Origin: Scyliorhinus canicula
Taxonomy: Eukaryota
NCBI RefSeq assembly: GCF_902713615.1
Contig: NC_052153.1
Span: 43,725,382-43,789,381 of the forward strand
DNA length: 64,000 nt
Direction of reading: 5' to 3'
Made by a program: the position numbers and the translations under genes. The notes beneath the pieces are model-generated. The model was given only the letters and a program-made list of their open reading frames with translations, did no database searches and had not been told where the DNA came from. This document shows positions 39,366 through 51,056 of this stretch, one piece after another. The stretch's first letter is position 1. Each line of letters begins with the position of its first letter.

Positions 39366-40365
39366 GAAAATCAGAGCATTATACAAAAATATCCCATACT
39401 GACCAGTGACCTGCCCACTTTAACCAAATGATGGGCCACCAGGCTATGAATCTCAGCTGATGGAGGTGCTCATCTCTGGGATGCATGTCAGCTATTTCTC
39501 CCAACTTTGAGATAGCTGTCTCATCCTGCCCAGCTTCCTTTCCACTGACATTGACCACAACAGTGTGCCTATGTTGCTGATGTTCCAATATGGTTTGATG
39601 TTGGGTTCATTATTCTGTGCGCCAACATATCACTTATTTGATGGTCTCGGGCTGTTGTCCCTCTCACTGCCCTCTCCAAAACACTTCCATTCAGTGATGA
39701 ATGTGCCCCCTGGGTCCTTAGTGATGTTCCCGTCCTAGTAACTCAGTAAGCTGTGGAAGTACAGATGGCTCTGTCTGCAGGGCTTCTTTTCATGAGTGGT
39801 GGCTGGGTGTGTATCTTTCAATGTGGTGTGTGACAGATTTGTACTCAGAATCTGGATGATCCTAGATATTCTCTGAGGACAATTTGAGAATGAGTAATAT
39901 TCAGCCTCCAATTTATTGCAGGAAGCACGAATGCCAAGTCTCACAGGTTACCTGAAATACGTAAGAAATATTAAAGTAATTTTATGAATCTCTGCTCTCG
40001 ACAGTAAGTCTTACCAATGGGAATCAACACAGCTCCACCTTAATTGCAATAATTACATCTCGTGAGGCTACAATCTGGGACTATAGCCTCTCAAAATTGC
40101 CCTCATTGTAGAACCATAGACAATTACAGCACAGCAGGAACCATTTGGCTGTGACACTGCTTATTATCCACTGTGCTTGCTGCAATGTGTTCTAATTAGT
40201 ACTTCAACAAATTTAACTACAAATTCACCCTGGAGGATTAGAACCAGCAACAATCTAAATTATGTTGGCGAGGGCCAATGTTGCCGAGCAGCAAATCTCG
40301 GGCTATTAATTTTAAGCATCACAACATCCCAGCTACTGAACACTTACAAAATTAAACATTATCAG

Positions 40366-40522
40366 TCCATCAGCTTGATCGAAAGAGGGAATCCATCTCG
40401 AAGTTTGGAGAACGTCTGCCGTTGGGCCAACTCTCAGCAAAAAGCAAACCCAAACCATTCGGAGCACCACGACCATGCCATCTTTTTAACAAGGCAAGAT
40501 TTTGGTCCAGCGGGTATGCAAG
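40366..40522 (+). CDS. ADAMTS3: ADAMTS3-like exon (157 nt, phase 0-1), metalloprotease domain
   Basis: Acceptor attatcag|TCC, donor G|gtactg. Encodes [52 protein letters not shown](G). Confidence 0.93.
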
Positions 40523-40611
40523 GTACTGTATAATGCTACTGACAGGTATAGGGAATACAGCAGTAAGAATTACAGTCCAGTTCAAAAAATGCTTTCATGG
40601 ACCTTTCCTTT

Positions 40612-40950
40612 TAGAACATAGAACAGCACAGAACAGGCCCTTCGGCCCTCGATGTTGTGCCGAGCAATGATCACCCTACTCAAACCCACGTATCCACCCT
40701 ATACCCGTAACCCAAGAACACCCCCCCTTAACCTTACTTTTTAGGACACTACGGGCAATTTAGCATAGCCAATCCACCTAACCCGCACATCTTTGGACTG
40801 TGGGAGGAAACCGGAGCACCCGGAGGAAACCCACGCACACACGGGGAGGACGTGCAGACTCCGCACAGACAGTGACCCAGCCGGGAATCGAACCTGGGAC
40901 CCTGGAGCTGTGAAGCATTTATGCTAACCACCATGCTACCGCGCTGCCCC
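40612..40950 (-). mobile_element. Young V-SINE with the GGGCCGAAGGGCCTGTTCTGTGCTG tail
   Basis: Nearly identical to the inverted copy at 42167-42488. Confidence 0.9.
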
Positions 40951-40997
40951 TTTTAAATGGTGTTAATTTTGAAATGAAAAGTGACAAAACCACACAT

Positions 40998-41423
40998 TAA
41001 AAAAAAATTAGAGTACCCAATTCATTTTTTCCAATTAAGGGGCAATTTAGCATGGCCAATCCACCTAAACTGCACATCTTTTGGGTTGTGGGGCCGAAAC
41101 CCATGCAAACACGGGGGGAATGTGCAAACTCCACATGGATAATGGGCGGTATTCTCTCCCCCCCCCCCCCCCCCCCAACCCACGCTGGGTGGGAGAATCG
41201 CGAGGACGCTGCGCGAGTCGCGCCACCCCGACACCTGTACGTGATTCTTCCACCCCCCCCCCCCCAAACCTGGTTGCTGCTGGAGGGAGCTCTGTGGGAA
41301 CGCTAGGGGGGGGCGGCCTGTGGAGGGGGGGGGCGGCGGAGGGGGGGCTCCTTTACCGGGGGCGGCCTCCGATGGGGTCTGGCCCGCGATCGGGGCCCAC
41401 CGATCGGCGGGCTGGTCTCTTTC

Positions 41424-41456
<33 letters not shown>

Positions 41457-41832
41457 GCCTACGTCCTGGCGCGACCAGCCCCTGAACACCGACCCCAAGT
41501 TGGGTCGGGGCCGGTGCACATAAGAAGATCCCGTGCATGCGCAGGATGGCGCGGCCCAACAGCGCATGCACAGGATTGAGCTGCCCCAACTGCGCATGCG
41601 CAGGTTGGCGCGGCGCCCATTTGGCACCGCATACGGAGGTTGGAGCAGCGTGAACCACTCCAGCGCCGTGCTGGTCCCCTGTGGGGGCCAGAATAGGTCA
41701 TGCCTGGGCACTGTTCGCGCCGTCGTGAAACGCGATGGCGTTCATGAAGGCGCAAAAACTTGGACTCAATATCGGAGAATCTCGCCCAGTGTCCCAGAGC
41801 CGGGATCGATCCACAGCGCCACTGTGCTGCCT
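40998..41832 (-). mobile_element. Short A-tailed V-SINE split by a MITE
   Basis: SINE halves at 40998-41143 and 41788-41832; TSD AAACCACA(C/T)AT. Confidence 0.8.
41144..41787. mobile_element. CpG-rich PIF/Harbinger-like MITE
   Basis: TIRs GGGCGGTATTCTC / GAGAATCTCGCCC, TSD AAT/AGT, poly-C tracts, and TGCGCATGCGCA at 41591. Confidence 0.8.
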
Positions 41833-42166
41833 GAAACCACATATCTTTGACCCAGCGTCATAAACAAAACTAAATCTATGTCTACTAAGACAGAATTTGA
41901 CCCCACCATGACAGGAAAATGATAGAATTTGGTCTCTACCGACACAATCAAGCAGGGTGGATTGGAGGGGGCTCATAAAATACAGCATGTGGCCTATTGG
42001 GTAATGCAGTGGTTAGCAATGTTGCTTCATAGCTCCAGAGTCCCAGGTTTGATTCGGAGTCTGCATGTTCTCCCTGTGTCTTGCGTGGGTTTCCTCCAGG
42101 TGCTCCGGTTTTCTCCCACAAGTCTCAAAAGACATGCTTGTAGGTAATTTGGACATTCTGAATTAC

Positions 42167-42488
42167 GGGCAGCAGGGTAGCATGGTGGTTAGCATCAATG
42201 CTTCACAGCTCCAGGGTCCCAGGTTCGATTCCCGGCTGGGTCACTGTGTGGAGTCTGCACGTCCTCCCCCTGTGTGCGTGGGTTTCCTCCGGGTGCTCCG
42301 GTTTCCTCCCACAGTCCAAAGATGTGCGGGTTAGGTGGATTGGCCATGCTAAATTGCCCGTAGTGTCCTAAAAAGTAAGGTTAAGGGGGGGTTGTTGGGT
42401 TACGGGTATAGGGTGGATACGTGGGTTTGAGTAGGGTGATCATGGCTCGGCACAACATTGAGGGCCGAAGGGCCTGTTCTGTGCTGTA
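42167..42488 (+). mobile_element. Young V-SINE directly following a truncated SINE (41990-42165)
   Basis: Full head, V-domain and tail. Confidence 0.9.
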
Positions 42489-42864
42489 CATTCCGTCAGC
42501 ATGAGCTGCGTGGGCTGCTGGCAGGCAAAGCAGGTGTGAACCACCTTTGGTCATAACTCTTTTTAGCACCCCTTTCTCCAGAGTTGGCAGCTCTCTAAGA
42601 TGGGACTTTCCCACCAGTTGGGGGCGGAGGTCTTGCTCTTAGCCAATTAAGGCCCCCTCAAATGTTAAATGGCTGCGGTGCAGGCGGTATCAGTGGGGAT
42701 GTGTTCCTGTCGACACTTTGGGGCTGAGGTGCGATACCCCGTCATCTGAAAAATCCTGCCCCTGGTCAAAATAATGACGTATTTTGCCTTACAATACTCC
42801 TGTGACAACTTGTATGTTAAAGGCAATATGTAAATACATTTTTTGTTGTGTTGTTGGTTTTGAC

Positions 42865-43320
42865 AGGGCATGGTAACAGTACCGGCATGATGATATGACC
42901 TGGCCGTAAAGTTTTAGTTTATGGTTCCATAATGACAGTATCTGGCTTGAAAATGCCAGGCCCTTGTCACCATCACAATAGGACTGGTCACCATGATGTC
43001 AGGACCTGGTCACCATGATGTCAGGACCTGGTCACCATGATGTCAGGACCTGGTTACCTAATTCCTGGACCTGGTTTAGCACAGTGGGCTAAATAGCTGG
43101 CTTGTAAAGCAGACCAAGGCCAGCAGCGCGGGTTCAATTCCCGTACCAGCCTCCCCGAACAGGCGCCGGAATGTGGCGACTCGGGGCTTTTCACAGTAAC
43201 TTCATTTGAAGCCTACTTGTGACAATAAGCGATTTTCATTCATTTCATTTCACCTGGTCACCATAATGATAGGACCGATCACCATAATTCCAGGACCTGG
43301 CCACCAGAATGGGCAACGTT
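42865..43320 (+). repeat. 22-bp minisatellite (GGACCTGGTCACCATGATGTCA) with an inserted SINE (43070-43250)
   Basis: About three near-perfect units at 42981-43053, with degenerate units on both sides of the SINE. Confidence 0.75.
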
Positions 43321-44029
43321 GTGGCAAGTGTTTAGCGCTGCTGCCTCACAGCATCTGGGACCTGTGTTCGATTCCAACCTTGGGTGACGGTCTGTGTGGA
43401 GTTTGCACATTCTCCCCGTGTCTGCGTGGGTTTCCCCCGGGTTTTCCGGTTTCCTCCCACAGTTCAAAGATGTGCAGGTTAGGTGGTTTGACCATGCTTC
43501 CTGCCCCCACACTGATCAAGTCCGAGGCAGTGAGGTCCGTGTACGGCCTCCCCTTACCCATCCCCCTGGCAATTGAGGCCCTTCAGTAGGAAATTAATGT
43601 GCACTGAAGGACCTCATTCCACCCCCACTGGTATTAACCCAGCAATAGGTGGGGGACTTGCCATGTGGTAGCAGGATAATCAACTCTAGTATGTTCATTT
43701 GTAGGTTCTAAGGGTTGTTGACCTTGTGGAAAGGCCTGCTACTGGCTTGTTCAGTGCCTAAGTAGCACTTAATTAGATCGACCTACTTGAAAAGAGGTGA
43801 CACAGGCTCCCACTGGATTTGCAGCCGGCGGCTCATCCAAACCTATGTGGGAAAAAGGTAGTGGTCACAAGTGTTAAGAATAGCTGAGATGGGTCATGAA
43901 TACTGGGGAAAAGGGCAGTGAGGAGGGAATGAAATGCTTGAATGGTGGATACTGGGCAGTCTGGATTAAAATAGGGAAGTCTGGATTACATCGACATGAT
44001 ACAGATAGAGACCAACCTGTACTTAGCAA

Positions 44030-44420
44030 TACAAAATCAAAATGCTGCAGAACCTGGAAATCTGAAATAAAAACAGAATTCCAAAAATACTCAGCAGATC
44101 AGGTAGCACCTGTGGAGAGAAACAGAAGTTAAGGTTTCAGGTCGATCACCCTTCATTAGAATCCTGTCATCGGCCTGAAACGTTCAATCTGGCTGCGGTT
44201 TTATGAGGCCCCTCCCCCACCGCGGTGCGGGTTTACTCATGGCTGATGTGGCGGGCCATTGGCCTGTGGTGGGATCTTCGGAGCCTGCCTCAGGCTTTTG
44301 CATGGATGGCCCACCCCATCACCGGGCTATTAGCTGCAGGGGAGGGAGGTCAACTTCACCTTCACAGATGCTGTCTGAACTACTCAACATTTCCAGGATT
44401 TTCTGTTTTTGGTTCTGCAA
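44030..44420. repeat. Inverted-repeat (Penelope-tail-like) element interrupted by a MITE (~44190-44345)
   Basis: GCAGAA...AAAACAGAA...AATACTCAGCAGA on the left is mirrored by TCTGAACTACTCAACATTTCC...TTCTGTTTT...TTCTGC on the right. Confidence 0.5.
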
Positions 44421-44777
44421 TTTTAATGACTCATTTGTCAGACATGGTCAACACTTGTTGACTTCATGGGCGGTTGGCCTTTTTATCAAACCACTGCAAA
44501 CCATGGGCTAAAGGTTCTGCCGCAGCTCTGTTAGGTAGGGAGTTCCAGGGATTTCAGATGGTGATAATTACCTTGGTTTTGGACAGCATGAGATAATCTG
44601 GATTAAATTGGCACTGTATAATTGAAGACAAACACTGGGTTACGCTGGCATCGGACTAGAGAAAAATCCAGATTCTATTTTCATTTTATGTGGACTAATT
44701 TTCCATTCATTTGAATCATCCTGTCACAGTGTTTTTGTTATTACCTTGCAATCTGTCGGTTTTCTTTCTCTCGATGA

Positions 44778-44894
<117 letters not shown>

Positions 44895-45413
44895 TAAGTT
44901 CTAAACAATCACATAATAAACCAGCCTTTTGGAGTTCATGTCACCTTCAAACGTGGCAAAGCTAATCACTTTGGCAGCAATTCACTGAGGGTACATTGGC
45001 TTTCAGCTGAATGGGTACATAATGCACACAACAGCTGCATAATTCACTGCTATTTGTTCTGTTTACTGCCTCTGTTTCTGGTGGGACAATGACCTCCCTT
45101 CCATCACTTACAGTGATACCAATGTATAGAATTAGAAAGGCCACAGGCCCCGCACAAGTCCCTCCATTATGATTACCAAGTCCATTGCACCGACAGAACT
45201 TGCTCACCCTCTTAAGAAAGAAAGAATCAAAATTTTGCATTTATAAAGAACTTACCATTTTCTCGGGCATTCAAAGCACTTTACACCCACTATATTGCAG
45301 GGCTGTGGGGGAAGTAGGTGAGACGTTCTAATTGGATAGCGTTTTTTAAAGACTTGTCGTAGACACAATGTGCCCAGCCGGGCACCTTCTAGACTATATA
45401 ATTGTGTGACCAT

Positions 45414-46304
45414 GGGTGCGATTCAGCAACCCCGTATGGGTGAATTGCACACGAGTCCCAAATCGGGCTCCGTGCGGGCACCGGGCTGATCGCGAGTCAC
45501 CCAACTTGCTTCATCTGGCCCGATCTGGGTCTTGCCTTCTTCTGGGCGAGATCCAGATCTGAAAATTTGTATTAACATAATTTCTCATTTAAATACTCAC
45601 GGGCCACACCTGGGAGACCTCCCAGGATTCTGTTTAGCACTGGTCCACACAAACATGTGTGTGTGGGGGGAGTGTCTTCCAGGCCATTGGAAACCCCGGG
45701 TGGTCGGAGACAGGGCAGGGTGGCACTCTGCCACTTGGGCACCCTGGAAAGCTGCCAGGTTGGCATTGCCAGAGGTCAGGCCCAGGGGAGCAACGGGGGT
45801 TCAAAAATGCGGGGCCGCTGAAAGGGGGGTGGGAAGATCAGGGCGGCCGGACAAAATCACCCCCGATCTCGAGGAGCAAGCTCGCTAGCAGGTGTGGGGC
45901 TCACCCTCTCAGTGCGGGGCTCCCCCTCTCCGTGCGGGGCTCCCCCCTCTCCGTGCGGGGCTCCCCCTCTCCGTGCGGGGCTCCCCCTCTCCGTGCGGGG
46001 CTCCCCCTCTCCGTGCGGGGCTCCCCCTCTCCGTGCGGGGCTCGCCCTCTCCGTGCGGGGCTCGCCCTCTCCGTGCGGGGCTCGCCCTCTCCGTGCGGGG
46101 CTCCCCCTCTCCGTGCGGGGCTCCCCCTCTCCGTGCGGGGCTCCCCCTCTCCGTGCGGGGCTCCCCCTCTCCGTGCGGCGTCAGCAGGGAGAAGCTCCCC
46201 AAGGCCAAAAGAAAATGCAATGTGCCGTTGGATAACGGGATTTTTCTCAGAGCTGCAGCTGCCGAGAAACACCCCGCTAAATGAACCATCGCTGAATTAA
46301 GCTC
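45414..46304. mobile_element. Harbinger-like MITE containing a minisatellite
   Basis: TIRs GGGTGCGATTCAGC / GCTGAATTAAGCTC with TSD CAT/CAC. Confidence 0.7.
45900..46178 (+). repeat. 20-bp GC-rich minisatellite (CTCCCCCTCTCCGTGCGGGG), about 14 units
   Basis: Directly visible tandem array; three adjacent C>G variant units at 46041-46100. Confidence 0.97.
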
Positions 46305-46328
46305 CACATTAGAAGTGTGTTCCCTTTT

Positions 46329-46548
46329 TTCTTAATAAATTTAAAGCACCCTAATTTTTTTTTCCAATTAAGGGGCAATTCAGCGTGGCCAATCCACCTA
46401 CTCTGCACATCTTTGGGTTGTGGGGGTGAGACCCATGCGGACACGGGCAGAATGTGCAAATTCCACACAGACCGTGACCCAGGCCGGGATTGAACCTGGG
46501 TCCTCGGTGCCGTGAGGCAGCAGTGTTAAGGACTGCACCAGCATGCTT
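46329..46548 (-). mobile_element. Short A-tailed V-SINE with a ~17-bp TSD
   Basis: GAAGTGTGTTCCCTTTT / GAAGTGTGATCACTTTT. Confidence 0.85.
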
Positions 46549-47421
46549 GAAGTGTGATCACTTTTGCGTAGAAACATGGCAGCCAAGGTCCCACAAATAA
46601 CACCAAGAAAGAATGGCTAAATAGTCCTTTTTGGATGGTGGTTATCAAGAGAGGAACCGTGACTAGGAGACTGGGAGAATGCCCTGTTTTTGTCAGTGGG
46701 CAGGATTTTCATCCTCAAGGCAGATAGTGGGAGTCCTTAAAATTCCCAGCTTGGCCTACGCACCTCCAGAAAACTTCCCATAACAATGAGATTTTCATTG
46801 GGCAGGGGTGAGGTGCGGGGAAGGGGGGTGCGAATGTAGGCTGTAGTCAGGCCAGTTGACCTGGAAGAAGTACGGAGGCAGCCAGCCAAGGGTACGAGTT
46901 GGGCTGTTTAAAAAGCTCACTTCCGTGCGATGGAACTTCATCCCAATTACAATCAAAGAGGGAAGGTCCTCCAACTCTCACCCCCCACACACACACACGC
47001 GCCCTGTACCCCATCCAGGCCACCTCATGCCACCACCCACTGGCCATGGCCTTTCATAACCCCCATATCAAGCTATGCACCCCACTGAACCCCAGTTGTC
47101 CTTCATGCCACCCCTGGAAAGGCATTGCCCCCACTGATGTCCTGTGGCCCCGCAGGTCCTCCCATGCCAAGCTATGGTACTTCCATGCCCATTCACACAC
47201 TCTATTGTGCTTAGAATCAATGAGTCCTGTAATGACAGTAGGATGTGTAAAAAAAAAGTTTAAACAAAGTATTCATTGATAACTTTCCACTTTTTCAAAA
47301 AAATCCTCCTCATTCCTACAACGGAATAGCAGTATCAATCATCCAGACACTTTAAAATGTCAATAACCAGAACTGTAAGCACTTGAATTCAGTTTATCGC
47401 ATGCAAATAAACATTGTACGA

Positions 47422-47740
47422 TGGCACAGATGTGGCACAATGGTTAGCACTGCTGCCTCACAGCTCCAGGGACCTGGGTTCAATTCCAGTCTTGGGTGAC
47501 TGTGCGGAGTCTGCACATTCTCCCTGTGTCTATGTGGGTTTCCTCCGGGTGCTCTGTTTTCCTTGCAGAGTCCAAAGATGTGCAGGTTAGGTGGATTGGC
47601 TATGCTGAATTGCCCTTTGAGTCCAAAAAGGTGAGGTGGGGCTACGGGGAGGTGTGGGTTTAAATAGGGTGCTCTTTCCAAGGGCCGGTGCAGACTCGAT
47701 GGGCCGAGTGACCTCCTTCTGCATTGTAAATTCTATGATT
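47422..47740 (+). mobile_element. HE1-type V-SINE
   Basis: Head, V-domain and CR1 tail. Confidence 0.85.
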
Positions 47741-48783
47741 GTGAAATTTACAGTAAAGATCAACAGGCTAACGGATTGCGTATCAGAAGCAGAGTCACTA
47801 AAATTGACCTGACCTTCTAAATCCAAATAATCTTGCAATGGCTGCAAATTCCTTACTCATTTGATCCTCGGTCCAAGGGCTTGATCTTTGCCCTCCATCC
47901 CAGCAACTTGGACATTTAGTAGAGTGTCCTTCAGTTCTAAATGTCTATACCCTGCTTTTCTGCACCCAGATGATATTAAAATGAGAACGATGCATCAAAC
48001 ATGCAAAATCAGCACACTTCACGTCAGCTGATGACCCATGTCATTTTCCCCTTGGTCCAGGGAAACCACTTTTCCAGGATTACACAGTTGGCCCCATCAC
48101 CTTAGGTTACTTTCTGAGGTATTTCTCCAATGATTGAGAGGTGTTGACTCCCTCAGTTAACAGGACTAGGTGTCTATACTACTTATCCAGTGCACTGAGG
48201 AGGGTGTTCTTTGAGCTTTAAGTCTTTCTTCTTCGATGCATTGATTTAATTCCCATGTTCACATCTGAATTATTTCTCGAGTCCATGAGAGTCACTAGCT
48301 CTCCTTTAATGCCTTTTATGTTTTGATCTGTTTTGAGATACCATCTTTTCCTCTGTGCAATGCTGCAGCTTCTTTTGGTGTTCAAATGGACAGCTTTTTC
48401 TAAACATAGCTACTGCTCCATTTTGACTTCATCATTAAACTTTATAGTCTTGTCAAGTGGGGGCTGGTTGCTAGGCAAGGCCAAGCAGGTGGTACTTCTC
48501 ACTGTAAACTGAGGATCGTTGGCTTCCCTGCAGTCTTCTTAACTTATTTTCTTTCTTAAAATGATTGTCCCACCATTCTTTGTGCTGTAATCGAATGATT
48601 GTTTCTGATGTTATGTTGGTAAGTGGTGTGTTTCATTTGTAATGGGGTCAGTCTTGGGGCGGTAGTAGTACTCTTGCCTTTAGGTCAGCAGGTTAGGAGT
48701 TCCATTGCCATTCCAGAACAGCTAGTATGACACATCAGTGGAGCATTGAGGGAGTGCTGCACCGTTGAAGATGCCACCTTTCA

Positions 48784-49762
48784 CCAGCCCCGTGGTGGTG
48801 GCGGCCCTGAGAGTCTGGGGGCAATGGAGGAGACATGTGGGAGCAGAGGGAGCATTGGTCTGGTCCCCAATCTGTAATAATCACCGGTTTGCCCCGGGAA
48901 GTATGGTTGGGGGGGGTTCCGGATATGGCAGAGAGCAGGGATTGAGAGGATGGGGGACATGTTTATAGAGTGGAGCTTTCCGAGTATGAGGGCACTGGAG
49001 GATAAGTTTGGGTTGGCGAGGGGAAACAAATTCAGGTATCTGCAGGTGTGAGACTTCCTACGTAAACAGGTGTCAACCTTCCCCCTCCTACTGCTAAGGG
49101 GGATTCAGGACAGGGTAGTTTCCAGAGGGTGGGTAGGAGAAGGGAGCATCTCTGACATTTACAAGCAACTTATGGGGTCAGAGGAGATGCAGACCGAGGA
49201 GCTGAAGCGCAAGTGGGAGGAGGAGCTGGGAGGAGATTTTGGTAGGGGTTTGCAGATGTCATGTCCACGGTGTTAAAAACAAGGGTGGCCGCTGAGTCCA
49301 GAGGTGGTGATTTTCAGGGTGTCGCAAGACCCAGGAATCCAGGAGGAGAAAGAGACAGATGTTCTGGCCTTTGCTTCCCTGGTAGCCCGGAGATGGATAC
49401 TATTAAATTGGAGGGACTCAAAGCCTCCAAAGTCAGAGACCTGGCTATCGGACATGGCTAGCTTTCTCTGTATGGAGAAAATCAAGTTCGCCATGAGAGG
49501 GTCAATGTTAGGGTTCGCCTGGAGGTGGCAACTGTTCGTCGACTTCTTCGCGGAAAACTAATCGTCAGCAGAAGCGGGGCGGGGGGGGGGGGGGGGGGGG
49601 GGGGGGGGGTGGTTAGTTAAGCTTAGAGTAGTGGGTTAATAAAGGTGGTACCTGTAAGGAAGGGAGACTGCTTTTGCACTATGTTTATAGTTTCATGTAC
49701 ATTGTTTATTTTGTTGTTGTTACAATACCAAAAATACCTCAATAAAATGTTTATTTAAAAAA
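48784..49762 (+). mobile_element. 5'-truncated L1 LINE with a 16-bp TSD, inserted in a Deu-SINE
   Basis: L1 ORF2 C-terminus (LVARRWILLNWRDSKPP...WLSDM...MEKIKF...WQLF), AATAAA plus A-tail, and a perfect TSD AAGATGCCACCTTTCA (48768-48783 and 49763-49778). Confidence 0.9.
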
Positions 49763-50489
49763 AAGATGCCACCTTTCAGATGAGATGTTTAACGTGGGTT
49801 CCATCTAATATGCATATCGTAAAAAAGCATGGGACTTCTTCCAGTGTCCTGATCCAACATTTACCCCTCTGTACTTCATCATTCAAACAATTCAATTACT
49901 CATTTGTCTCAAAGGATCATAGGAGCAGGAGTGGGTCATTCAGATCCTCGAGAAAGTTCTATTAGATATTGTGGATGATCTATTTGGTTTCATATCCTTA
50001 TATCTAGCAAACATTTATCACCACATTTTTAAAAATTTCAATCTATTTATGCTTTAATTTTTATAGGATGAGTTTCAGACTCCACTACCCTTTCAGTAGA
50101 GATGTGCCTCCTGATGTCACCCCAGAATGACCCATCTCTAATTTTAAAATACACACTGTGAATTCGCCAGGGGCTGGGAATTGCGTTAGATGGGCTGGAG
50201 TTCTCTCAGTTCAATAACTCACAATTGACAAGATGCAATATAAAGGTGAATGTTCATATGCAGGTCTTCAGACATTCCCCAAAACAGAAAATTGAAATAC
50301 ATACCTCACTCTTCCTTGAGCTGGACTTTACGGACAGTTCTTTTAATTCATCCAGTGGCCGCCTTCTCTAGCAGGCCGCAGTACTCTGCTAATATAGTAT
50401 GATTAGGCTGCACAGCTGATCCCTGTTGCACCAATTCCTAATCAAACCGCCATGTGACTTCCTGTGGCCCTCTTGGTAGGAAAGCTCTT

Positions 50490-51056
50490 GGGCTGGATTC
50501 TCTGTTTTTATGACTGTCCCCACACCGTCGTAAAAACTGTGGACTTAAGGCAAATATTCATATTCCACATATTCCCTATCCCTGCAGGGGGCTAGCAGGG
50601 ACCCAGCATAACACTAGCAGCTTTTGCTGCAGATACGGGCCTCGCACTTACAGGTTGGAGGGCGTACATGTGCACGCCTCCAGCGGCCGTGTCGTGCTCC
50701 GTGGCGGACTCTGACCACGGAGCTGGACATTAAAAATAGACTGCCCGATCGGCCGCGCGCCCGACACTGACCGCCCGTCCAAACATTGCCCGGCCGTGTA
50801 AAAGGCCCCCCCGTCCCCCAATCGCCCTGCGGACTGAGTGCACAGCCGCCACGCTAGTATCCCCACCGGCAGGACCACATTAGATCCATGCCGTCGGAAC
50901 TTTGGCCGATCGGGGGCAGAGAATGGTGGAGCGGACCTCCAGCAATGGCCGCAGGTAGGTGATATGTGGCGGCGGTCGCGATTTCGTGTGGGGAAATGCA
51001 TTCTCTGCTCTGGCGCCGACCACGATTTCGGCGTCGAGGTGCGGCGAGTCCAGCCC
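50490..51056. mobile_element. CpG-rich Harbinger-like MITE
   Basis: TIRs GGGCTGGATTC / GAGTCCAGCCC with a perfect TSD CTT. Confidence 0.8.

Noticed and set aside
41022-41850. 229-aa and overlapping Pro/Gly-rich ORFs
   Set aside because: Caused by a GC-rich MITE with poly-C tracts inside a SINE; no domain signature.
45900-46178. CRISPR-like array
   Set aside because: Head-to-tail tandem units with no unique spacers, in vertebrate DNA.
45659-46307. Long repetitive ORFs (up to 213 aa) on both strands
   Set aside because: They are read-through of the stop-free 20-bp GC minisatellite.
47800-48520. Possible L1 ORF1 remnant on the minus strand
   Set aside because: Too degenerate to support with a recognisable motif.
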